From Ignavibacteriota bacterium (lineage in GTDB: Bacteria > Bacteroidota > Ignavibacteria > UBA10030 > SZUA-254): 64,000 nt of DNA. The stretch covers positions 9,022 to 73,021 of the forward strand of contig JANYJZ010000012.1 in assembly GCA_025358305.1 (NCBI GenBank). Direction: 5' to 3'. The notes beneath the pieces are model-generated. The model had not been told where the DNA came from. It did no database searches and worked only from the letters and a program-made list of their open reading frames with translations. Of the stretch, positions 10,838-20,509 are shown in pieces; position 1 is the stretch's first letter, and each line of letters begins with the position of its first letter. The position numbers were made by a program, and so were the translations under genes.

Positions 10838-11164
10838 TCAGGACCCCAGGGACCGCCGGAGATCGTTCAGCATATGGACGACAGGGTCCGCCTGGGTTTT
10901 GTTGAGTGTCGCAGCGTCTCTGGCCCGGACGAGCTGCTGTTCGAGGAGGCGGATCGATCGCTGCGCTTCGGCCAGGCATGTGCGCGAGTCCTTCCCTTCG
11001 TATCCCCGGGCGATCGTATCGAGGAGCGAGATCGACAAATGGCGGATCTCCCGGGCGACCGGTTCGGGAAGGGCCGAGCGCGACGAGGCGTCGGTCACGT
11101 CCAGGAGCACGCAGACGAGCGACCGGGCGATCTTCCAGCTTTCCGTCTCCCTGAAATCGGTCAC
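10838..11164 (-). CDS. small helical protein, possibly four-helix-bundle (23S rRNA IVS-like) family
   Basis: A 108 aa ORF with a GTG start sits between the HlyD and ATPase genes on the same strand. Its helical pattern (..SWKIARSLV.. ..ISLLDTIARGYEGKDSRTCLAEAQRSIRLLEQQLVRARD) loosely resembles TIGR02436-type four-helix-bundle proteins, which are often embedded in efflux operons. The family assignment is tentative. Confidence 0.4.
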   Translation of the reverse strand: MTDFRETESWKIARSLVCVLLDVTDASSRSALPEPVAREIRHLSISLLDTIARGYEGKDSRTCLAEAQRSIRLLEQQLVRARDAATLNKTQADPVVHMLNDLRRSLGS

Positions 11165-11200
11165 GGGGGTATTCCCTTCGAGATCCCGCCCTCCGGCGGG

Positions 11201-12508
11201 CTACTTCTTCAGGACGAGCTTCTCGTTGTCGCCGAAATTGTCGTAGCTCGACGTGATGACCTGCTCTCCCGGCTCGAGCCCTTCCAAGACCTCGAACGCC
11301 TGGGGGTTTTGGCGGCCGAGCTTCACGCTCCGCTTCACCGCGAACGACCCCGACCGGTCGACGACGTAGACCCACTGTCCCCCCGTCTTCTGGTAGAATC
11401 CTCCCCTCGGCACCAGGAGCGCTTCCGTCAGGTCGCCGAGCTCGAGCCGGACCTGGAGGGTCTGGCCGCGCCGGATCCCCTGGGGCGGCTTCCCGGCGAA
11501 CTGGAGGTCGACGTCGAAGCGGCCGTTCTGCACCTCCGGGTAGACCTTCGTGATCTTCAGGGAGTCGGTCGACGCGCCGAGCTCGAACTCGCCGGTCTGG
11601 CCCGGGTTGATGCGGGCGATGTAGAACTCGTCGATCGAGGCCCGGACCTTGAACGCGTCCAGGACGTCGATCTGGCCCAGTCGCTGGCCCGGGGACTTCG
11701 ATTCGCCGATCTCCGCATTGAGCGAGGTGAGCTGACCGCTGATCGGGGCCCTGAGGGTCAGGTTCTCCAGGTTCTGCTTCGTCATCTGGAGGTTCTCCTG
11801 GAGGCGCTTGATGGACTCGTCGAGCTGGACGAGCTGCGTGGCTCTGAGCACCGAATCCTGGCGGAAGTTCTCCCGGGCCAGGACCCGCCGGCCGAGCCAG
11901 TAGGTGTACTCCTCCTGGGTCTGCTTGAAGTCCTGGTCCGCGATGAGGCTCTTCTCGGCGAGCACCGAGTCGCGCCGGAAGAGCAGCCTTACCCGATCGA
12001 CCTGGTACTCCACGTCCGAGAGCTGCGTCTTGACGCTGATGGTGTTCTGCTCGATCGACAACCGGCGGTTCTCCGCGTTGTTGATCTGCTCGTACGAGAG
12101 CGCCTCGCGGTACATGACGTCGAGCTGGAGGTTCGCGTTCGCGAGCTTGATGATCGGATCCCCCTTCTTGACGAACTCGCCGGCGTCGACGAAGCGCTTC
12201 TCGACGCGCCCCCCCTCGATCGCGTCAAGGTAGAAGGTCTGGATCGGGAGTATCGTGCCGCTCACCGGCGTGTACTCCTGGAAGGGGGCCCGGCTCACCG
12301 TCGAGATGGTGATCTTTTCGGCCTCGACATTCAGGCGCGAGCTGCGGTCGGCGAAGATGAAGCTGTAAATCAGGACAAACAGCAGCGCGACGGCGCCTGA
12401 GACGTAGAGGATCCGCGTCCGGGTCCAGACCTTTTTTTCGAGCTTCCGGTCCATGCCTGACTGGCTCAGGTCGGTACCATGCTGCTTCTGATCGTTCATG
12501 TGGTTCAT
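11201..12508 (-). CDS. HlyD-family efflux/secretion periplasmic adaptor (membrane fusion protein)
   Basis: The 435 aa protein has an N-terminal TM (ILYVSGAVALLFVLIYSFIF), a long coiled-coil region, and lipoyl and beta-barrel segments. It is the first gene of the exporter operon. Confidence 0.85.
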   Translation of the reverse strand: MNHMNDQKQHGTDLSQSGMDRKLEKKVWTRTRILYVSGAVALLFVLIYSFIFADRSSRLNVEAEKITISTVSRAPFQEYTPVSGTILPIQTFYLDAIEGGRVEKRFVDAGEFVKKGDPIIKLANANLQLDVMYREALSYEQINNAENRRLSIEQNTISVKTQLSDVEYQVDRVRLLFRRDSVLAEKSLIADQDFKQTQEEYTYWLGRRVLARENFRQDSVLRATQLVQLDESIKRLQENLQMTKQNLENLTLRAPISGQLTSLNAEIGESKSPGQRLGQIDVLDAFKVRASIDEFYIARINPGQTGEFELGASTDSLKITKVYPEVQNGRFDVDLQFAGKPPQGIRRGQTLQVRLELGDLTEALLVPRGGFYQKTGGQWVYVVDRSGSFAVKRSVKLGRQNPQAFEVLEGLEPGEQVITSSYDNFGDNEKLVLKK

Positions 12509-12585
12509 CGCGCCTGCAAGTGTGGGCCGCCCCTTCCGACGCTCTCAAAAGACGCATCCAAGGGGAGGCGATTCCCCCAAATAGG

Positions 12586-12601
12586 TGCAATTTCCACGCC
12601 A
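12586..12601 (-). promoter_or_regulatory. sigma-54 (RpoN) -24/-12 promoter candidate driving the hlyD-ABC-3xFtsX operon
   Basis: The reverse complement of 12586-12601 is TGGCGTGGAAATTGCA. This matches the consensus TGGCACG-N4-TTGCA with correct GG-N10-GC spacing. It lies about 75 nt upstream of the hlyD ATG (12508) and divergent from the NtrC-type regulator gene. Confidence 0.55.
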
Positions 12602-12788
12602 GCCGGAAATCCTTCAATGGGGCCCTATTTCGGTGAAACCTTTCCGCCAACCGTCCGTTTTCATTACAGTAGGGTGTCTGTTATCGTACACCCCTGAAGA
12701 CCGCTTCCGGCCCGACCCAAGTCAGGCGGAATTCCTATATTGCACGTGCCGGCAGTTCCGCTACCACATTTACGACGCGATTTTTATA

Positions 12789-14168
12789 ATGCCACTCAAT
12801 AGGCTCGGCAACATTCTCGTCATCGACGACGATCCGGACGTGCTCCTGGCGGCGAGGCTCTTCCTCAAGCAGCATGCCGGCGAGGTCTCCGTCGAAAAGA
12901 ACCCGGCAGCGATCCCGGAGCTCATGAAGAACGGGAAGTACGACATCATCCTCCTCGACATGAACTTCACGCGCGACACCGGGAGCGGTCAGGAGGGGTT
13001 CTACTGGCTCGACAGAATCCTCGAGCACGACCCCCTGGTCGTCGTCGTCCTCATCACCGCCTACGGCGACGTCGACATGGCCGTCCGCGCGATCAAAGCG
13101 GGAGCGAGCGACTTCGTCCTCAAGCCGTGGCAGAACGAGAAGCTCCTGGCGACCCTTTCGGCCGCCATGTCCCTGCGGCGCTCCAGAGCGGAGATCGAAC
13201 AGCTCCGGTCGCGGGGGCGTCAGCTCGGCGAGGATCTCGACCACCGGTTCGGCGGGCTCATCGCCGGTTCGGCGGCGATGCGCGAGGTCCTCGGGACGAT
13301 CGAGAAGGTCGCCGGCACGGACGCCAATATCCTCATCCTCGGCGAGAACGGCACCGGGAAGGAACTTGTCGCCCGGGAGCTCCACCGCCGGTCCAATCGG
13401 GCCCAAGAGCCGTTCATCAGCGTCGATCTGGGGGCGGTCCCGGCGGGGCTCTTTGAGAGCGAACTCTTCGGCCACGTCAGGGGAGCCTTCACGGACGCCC
13501 GGGGCGACCGCGCGGGACGCTTCGAGACCGCATCGGGCGGGACGCTCTTTCTCGACGAGATCGCGAACCTCCCGCCGGAGCTCCAGGTGAAGCTCCTCGC
13601 CGTCCTCCAGAACCGCGTCGTTACACGGATCGGCTCGAACGCCGTCACGCCGATCGACATCCGCCTCATCTCGGCCACGAACAGGCCGCTCGCGGAGCTC
13701 ACCGAGGGCAAGCACTTCCGCCCCGACCTTCTCTACCGCATCAACACCGTGGAGATCCATCTCCCCCCGCTTCGGGAAAGGCGGGAGGACATCGCGCTCC
13801 TCATCGAGCATTTCGTGTCGCACTACGGCGGCAAGTACCAAAAGACGGGCATGCGCATCCCGCCCTCCACCATGGCGCGGCTCGAGCGCTACGACTGGCC
13901 CGGGAACGTCCGGGAGCTCGAGCATGCGGTCGAACGGGCCCTTATCCTCAGCGACGAGGACGTCCTCCGGCCGGAGGATTTCTTCCTCGCGGCCCCGGGG
14001 AAGCCGGCCGACCGATCCGCCCAGCCCGGCGCCAAGCTCGCCGAGGTCGAACGCGCCGCGATCCAAAAGGCGCTTGCGAAGCATGGCGGCAACATCACCC
14101 AAACCGCGCGCGAGCTGGGCCTGACGCGCACCGCACTCTACCGCCGCATACAAAAGTATGATCTCTAG
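12789..14168 (+). CDS. sigma-54-dependent Fis-family response regulator (NtrC-like): receiver + AAA+ sigma-54 activation domain + Fis HTH
   Basis: ORF 12585..14168. The ATG at 12789 gives MPLNRLGNILVIDDDPDVLL.. The receiver has DMNF. The AAA+ domain has GENGTGKE and the GAFTDA motif (sigma-54 interaction), ESELFGH and RERREDI. The C-terminal HTH is QTARELGLTRTALYRRIQK. Confidence 0.9.
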   Translation: MPLNRLGNILVIDDDPDVLLAARLFLKQHAGEVSVEKNPAAIPELMKNGKYDIILLDMNFTRDTGSGQEGFYWLDRILEHDPLVVVVLITAYGDVDMAVRAIKAGASDFVLKPWQNEKLLATLSAAMSLRRSRAEIEQLRSRGRQLGEDLDHRFGGLIAGSAAMREVLGTIEKVAGTDANILILGENGTGKELVARELHRRSNRAQEPFISVDLGAVPAGLFESELFGHVRGAFTDARGDRAGRFETASGGTLFLDEIANLPPELQVKLLAVLQNRVVTRIGSNAVTPIDIRLISATNRPLAELTEGKHFRPDLLYRINTVEIHLPPLRERREDIALLIEHFVSHYGGKYQKTGMRIPPSTMARLERYDWPGNVRELEHAVERALILSDEDVLRPEDFFLAAPGKPADRSAQPGAKLAEVERAAIQKALAKHGGNITQTARELGLTRTALYRRIQKYDL

Positions 14169-15501
14169 ATCGTTCCGGCTGCAGATCATCGTTCGGATCG
14201 CGATCCTCGCCCTTTCGCTCGGCGCGGCGATCGCGCTCGCGCTCGAGACGCAGCTCTACGCGACCGCGGCCCTCGCGGCGCTCCTGGCCGCCGTGCAGAC
14301 CTGGTCGCTCGTCCGGTTCGTCGAGCGGACGAACCTGGAATTGACGCGCTTCCTCCGGTCCGTCCGCTACGCCGATTTCTCACAGAGCTTCTCGTCGAAA
14401 GGCCGGGGCCGGTCGTTCGACGAGCTCAACGCCGCCTTCACCGAGGTGGTCGACGCCTTCCAAAAAGCCCGCGCCGACAAAGAAGAGCACGCGCAGTACT
14501 TTCAGATGGTCGTTCAGCACATCGGCATCGGCCTCATCGCGTTCACGCCGGAGGGGGAGGTGACGCTCTTCAATACGGCCGCCAAGCGCCTCCTCCAGAT
14601 GCCCCAGCTCCGGACGCTCGACGGGCTTACGGCGCTCGGCGCGGATCTCGCCGGCACGCTTCGGTCCATGCGCTCCGGCGACAGGTCGTTCGTACAGGTG
14701 GAGGTCGGCGGCGAGCAACTGCAGCTCCTCGTCTATGCGCGGGAGATGAAGCTGCGGGAACGGCACATGACGCTCCTGTCGATACAGAATATCCGCACGG
14801 AGCTTGACGAGAAGGAGATCGAGGCGTGGCAGAAGCTCATCCGGGTGCTGACGCACGAGATCATGAACTCCATCACGCCGATTTCGTCGCTCGCCTCGAC
14901 CGTTCGCGGCATGCTCGCGGACGGGCCCCGGGACGGCGCATGGACGCCGGAGTCCGCGCGCGACATCCGGAGCGCCATCGAAACGATCGAGAAGCGAAGC
15001 CAGGGGCTCCTCCACTTTGTCGAGGCGTACCGGAGGCTCATGCGGACACCTTCGCCGGTGTTCCGGATCGTGCGGGTGTCGGAGCTGTTCGAACGGGTGG
15101 GGCGGCTCATGGAGAGCCGGTTCAAGGAGAGCGGCGTCTCGTTCTCGGCGCACGTGGAGCCCGAAAGTCTCGAGCTCACGGCCGATCCGGAGCTCATCGA
15201 GCAGGTTCTCATCAACCTCCTGGTGAACGCGCTCGAAGCGGCGCACGGGCAGGGAGAAAAGACGATCCGGCTCGTGGGCCGGATGGGAGATCAGGGCCGG
15301 GTGTTCGTCGAGGTGAGCGACAACGGACCCGGGATCCCGAAGGAAGTGCAGGATAAACTCTTTATACCGCTCTTCACCACGAAGCCGAACGGCTCCGGGA
15401 TCGGGCTGAGCCTCTCCCGGCAGATCATGCGTCTCCACCGGGGTTCGATCTCCGTCCGTTCGGAGCCCGGGGTTGCGACGACGTTCGTCCTGCGGTTCTA
15501 A
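14158..15501 (+). CDS. sensor histidine kinase, intramembrane-sensing type (2 TM, no sizeable periplasmic domain)
   Basis: The 447 aa protein overlaps the regulator stop by 11 nt. It has two N-terminal TM helices separated by a short loop. The H-box is LTHEIMNSITPI. The HATPase_c motifs are present (N: LLVNALEA; G1: DNGPGIP; G2: GSGIGLSLS). Confidence 0.85.
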   Translation: MISRSFRLQIIVRIAILALSLGAAIALALETQLYATAALAALLAAVQTWSLVRFVERTNLELTRFLRSVRYADFSQSFSSKGRGRSFDELNAAFTEVVDAFQKARADKEEHAQYFQMVVQHIGIGLIAFTPEGEVTLFNTAAKRLLQMPQLRTLDGLTALGADLAGTLRSMRSGDRSFVQVEVGGEQLQLLVYAREMKLRERHMTLLSIQNIRTELDEKEIEAWQKLIRVLTHEIMNSITPISSLASTVRGMLADGPRDGAWTPESARDIRSAIETIEKRSQGLLHFVEAYRRLMRTPSPVFRIVRVSELFERVGRLMESRFKESGVSFSAHVEPESLELTADPELIEQVLINLLVNALEAAHGQGEKTIRLVGRMGDQGRVFVEVSDNGPGIPKEVQDKLFIPLFTTKPNGSGIGLSLSRQIMRLHRGSISVRSEPGVATTFVLRF

Positions 15502-15511
15502 CTGTAACGGC

Positions 15512-17626
<2,115 letters not shown>

Positions 17627-17710
17627 GTTACTATTTCCACCTTTCGAGGAGTAAATCGACCAGCCTGACTCTTAAATGGATACGCCGAGGTCGCCTGACG
17701 ATGGGCGGCG

Positions 17711-18037
17711 CTATGCGGCATGTACGGCATCGAGTACCGCTTTGGGATGCTTCGCGACGATGCATAACAGGATCCTCGCCGGGCCTTCTGGTTTGCGCCT
17801 TCCTTGTTCCCAATTCCGAAGTGTTCCGAGGCTGATGCCCAAGAGCATGGCAAACTTCTCCTGCGTAAGGCCCAGCCGCCGTCGGATACCCGGTACATCG
17901 GGATCATCCATGACGGACCTGCGGCTCGGGGCCTTCCTACCCTTGAGGATGGCGCCGGCCTGCTCAACGCTGCTCAAAAGCTCATCAAATGTCGACTTCT
18001 TCAATTCTTCTCCTCGTGAGGGGGAATGTCTCCGCAT
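17711..18037 (-). CDS. HTH XRE-family transcriptional regulator, HigA2/NadS (COG2944)-type
   Basis: ..STFDELLSSVEQAGAILKGRK..DVPGIRRRLGLTQEKFAMLLGISLGTLRNWEQGRRKPEGPARILLCIVAKHPKAVLDAV closely follows the COG2944 antitoxin-like regulator pattern. No cognate RelE/HigB-like toxin ORF is evident adjacent to it. It lies in the low-GC tract. Confidence 0.75.
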   Translation of the reverse strand: MRRHSPSRGEELKKSTFDELLSSVEQAGAILKGRKAPSRRSVMDDPDVPGIRRRLGLTQEKFAMLLGISLGTLRNWEQGRRKPEGPARILLCIVAKHPKAVLDAVHAA

Positions 18038-18052
18038 TCACCTAGTGGGAAA

Positions 18053-18069
18053 ATACGCCATTGGCGTAT
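18053..18069. promoter_or_regulatory. perfect 17-bp palindrome ATACGCCATTGGCGTAT, candidate operator of the HTH regulator
   Basis: Read directly from the sequence. It lies 16 nt upstream of the HTH gene start codon (18035-18037), in the 174-nt gap between the primase-helicase stop and the HTH gene. Confidence 0.45.
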
Positions 18070-18210
18070 CGTAGTCAAGTCGATAAAAGGGGAATCCTTG
18101 GATCCAGAGGCCTTGAATCGATCAATGACCCCACGATCCATCGTTGAGATCGGGTAATTCGCAGGGCAGATTCTTCAGGCAAACAGCAATGTTCCAAAGT
18201 GGTTATCCCT

Positions 18211-20439
18211 TTAGAATGGTAAATCGGGTTCATATTCCGGCATCGGTCCGATTTTCGCATGCATCTTCTTGTAGTATCGTTCTCGTTGTTTGTACTGCTT
18301 TTCCAGGAATGGAATGTTTTTGTCTCGATAATCGATGATCCGTCTTTCTATACCAACGTCCCGTAATCTGCCGATGTATTGCATCAGCTTTCCTTCGAAT
18401 GAAAAGGGAAAAGCGAGAACGAGACATGATATTCCTTGAAAATCAAACCCTTCACCAAAGAACTGGCCGGTCGAAAGCACAGCACGGTAATGGCCATCTT
18501 CAATTTGCTTGAACTTCGATTTTCGGGATGGGGGAGAATCATCACCAGAAATTACAATCGTCTCGCACCTTCCCTTGAGATATAGATCGAGAACTTCAAG
18601 ATGTTCCTTTCGTTCGGAGAGGACGAGCACCTTTTTCCCCTGTTCGGTCTCTCGCAGAATGTCCTCAACGATCATTTGATTGCGGCCTGAGTCGAAGCAA
18701 ACGACCTTCGCCAGCAGCTGAAAGAGGTCGGTCCGGAACTTGAACGGGATAGCAAGCTTTGTTTGGCGGACGATCACTTCTGGAATCGAGCTCGATTTTA
18801 GGGAGGCGGGCATGAAGTCGGATGCTTCAACCCGCGCGACGATCTCGCCGATATACAGAAAGATCAAATCCTCGTCATTATGTTTGCGGTGAGGCGTTGC
18901 CGTGAGTCCATAAAGATATCGCGGATTAAGTTGGCTCACAACCTTTCGAAATGTCGACGCCGGAATATGGTGGCACTCATCGACGACGACAGTACCGAAC
19001 TGACTCTGCAGATCGTCGAAGCTACTCTTCCGCCCTAGACTCTGTAGCAGTGCTACCGTTATCTCACGACCCACCTTCTTCCTCGCTCCGGAGCATTCCC
19101 CGATATGTGCCTTGTCGATACCGAGAAAAGACTGTATCCGTTCAATCCACTGATCCATGATCTGTTTACGATGTACAAGAATCAGCGCGGGCAGGCCTCT
19201 TCTTGCGATTAGTTCCAGCCCCATAATCGTCTTACCGCTTCCGGCGGGTGCAACAATGACGCCCTGTTCTACACCCAAAGCAGACTGCACCGCCGTTTGC
19301 TGGGCCTTCGTGAGATTTATTGAACTTTTGAACCCAGCGCGAGGATAGTCCGGGCGGGCTGCACGAATCTCGTGTGCGATTCCTTGATCTCGCAAGAAAC
19401 TCAATAGCTTCTCAAGGAATCCTCTTGGTAGGAGTACATTACCTTCCGACTCGTCTATCAACTTGAAGTATTTTTGTACCTTGTACACAGACTTACCGAT
19501 TCGGCGCTTGGAAAGATACTCTGTGTTTAAGAAATTCAATTCCTCTTTCAGAAACTGTATGAGCCCGGATCTGAGTTGTGAGCGAGCAAGAACGAGCTGC
19601 TTTCCGACAGAAATTACCAACGGGCCACCTTGAGACTCGGCCTGCGAATAATTCCCCTGCTTCTGCGAAAAGAGCTTCATATAAATCTCATCAAGCTCGC
19701 CAGGAAGATAGCGCCTTGCTTCTTCCAAAAACCTCCATTGATCCGGGTACGGATTTCCTGACTGTAAATCGATGAAGACCGAATTCCCCATAGCGACGGA
19801 ACCGCCTTGCATTGGCAGTGCGATCAGATTCCCGAATCCATGCGCTGAAACCGAATCCTGGTTAGGAAAGAGGCGGTCAAAACTCACCTCTTTTTCGAAT
19901 TCAGAAATGTCGAAAGCCCTTCGAATGAGTTCAAGCCCAATCCGCCGACTTTTCTGACAAGGATATGGCTCATCGAAGAACAACCAGATGTGTCCGCCGT
20001 TGCCTGATCGGGAACGTTCAAGATAGGTGGTGAGTCCGAGCTGACTACACTCGCCGATGAGCATACCTGCTTCTGCCTTCCAGTTTGCACCATCGAAGTC
20101 AGCAGCAAGAAAAACAGACTCATTTGATCTCAACACCGGATAGATTCCGACAACGAGAGACCCGAGAAGATGCTTCCGCACGACTTCAGGTGTAAGAGGC
20201 AGCAACCGCTTATTTTCAAAATTCTTCAGCGAGCCCCCGAGCCGCTTGTGCGATATGAACTCTTCCCAATTGAAATCGTACGCGGGGCTGTATCCAGATC
20301 GACCGTCTTTTTCCCACCGACGGGCGTACGCATCTGATCGACCTCGGAAAAGGGTCATCAACAGTTTGATTTGTCGATCAGTTGGAGGGATCATGGAGGC
20401 ATTTTCATCGATTCCTTTGGCTCGGTCATCTCGAGACAC
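18211..20439 (-). CDS. fusion protein: N-terminal archaeo-eukaryotic primase (AEP/Prim-Pol)-like domain + C-terminal SF2 DEAH-box helicase
   Basis: The 742 aa protein starts at GTG, or alternatively at ATG Met16. The N-terminal half carries LFRGRSDAYARRWEKDGRSGYSPAY, the acidic DxD motif (FLAADFDGANW), sxH (SGNGGHIWLFF) and FGNLIALP. These are AEP catalytic-motif analogues. The C-terminal half has Walker A (VAPAGSGKT), DEAH-like (VVVDECHH), motif III (GLTATP) and helicase-C (LSTGQFFGEGFDFQ.. GRLRD). The coding GC is about 45% against about 65% in the flanks. Confidence 0.8.
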   Translation of the reverse strand: MSRDDRAKGIDENASMIPPTDRQIKLLMTLFRGRSDAYARRWEKDGRSGYSPAYDFNWEEFISHKRLGGSLKNFENKRLLPLTPEVVRKHLLGSLVVGIYPVLRSNESVFLAADFDGANWKAEAGMLIGECSQLGLTTYLERSRSGNGGHIWLFFDEPYPCQKSRRIGLELIRRAFDISEFEKEVSFDRLFPNQDSVSAHGFGNLIALPMQGGSVAMGNSVFIDLQSGNPYPDQWRFLEEARRYLPGELDEIYMKLFSQKQGNYSQAESQGGPLVISVGKQLVLARSQLRSGLIQFLKEELNFLNTEYLSKRRIGKSVYKVQKYFKLIDESEGNVLLPRGFLEKLLSFLRDQGIAHEIRAARPDYPRAGFKSSINLTKAQQTAVQSALGVEQGVIVAPAGSGKTIMGLELIARRGLPALILVHRKQIMDQWIERIQSFLGIDKAHIGECSGARKKVGREITVALLQSLGRKSSFDDLQSQFGTVVVDECHHIPASTFRKVVSQLNPRYLYGLTATPHRKHNDEDLIFLYIGEIVARVEASDFMPASLKSSSIPEVIVRQTKLAIPFKFRTDLFQLLAKVVCFDSGRNQMIVEDILRETEQGKKVLVLSERKEHLEVLDLYLKGRCETIVISGDDSPPSRKSKFKQIEDGHYRAVLSTGQFFGEGFDFQGISCLVLAFPFSFEGKLMQYIGRLRDVGIERRIIDYRDKNIPFLEKQYKQRERYYKKMHAKIGPMPEYEPDLPF

Positions 20440-20509
20440 TTGAGTGTGTCGTAAGAGGGTTAGTTGTGCCGCTATGCCAACTTGAGGATGTTTCGATTGC
20501 AGAACGTGT

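Noticed and set aside
12735-14189. 484-aa minus-strand ORF
   Set aside because: It is antisense to the sigma-54 response regulator, which has unmistakable AAA+ motifs on the plus strand.
18075-18260. 61-aa minus-strand ORF between helicase and HTH; considered as a missing RelE/HigB-type toxin partner of the HigA2-like regulator
   Set aside because: It overlaps the helicase 3' end in another frame. The translation has no RelE/ParE/HigB-like features and is Cys/Pro-rich. No other frame in 18038-18210 encodes a toxin-sized ORF; the longest is about 45 codons overlapping the HTH start.
20440-20509. TGGCATAGCGGCAC motif upstream of the primase-helicase gene considered as a sigma-54 promoter
   Set aside because: The GG/GC spacing does not fit the obligatory N10 arrangement.
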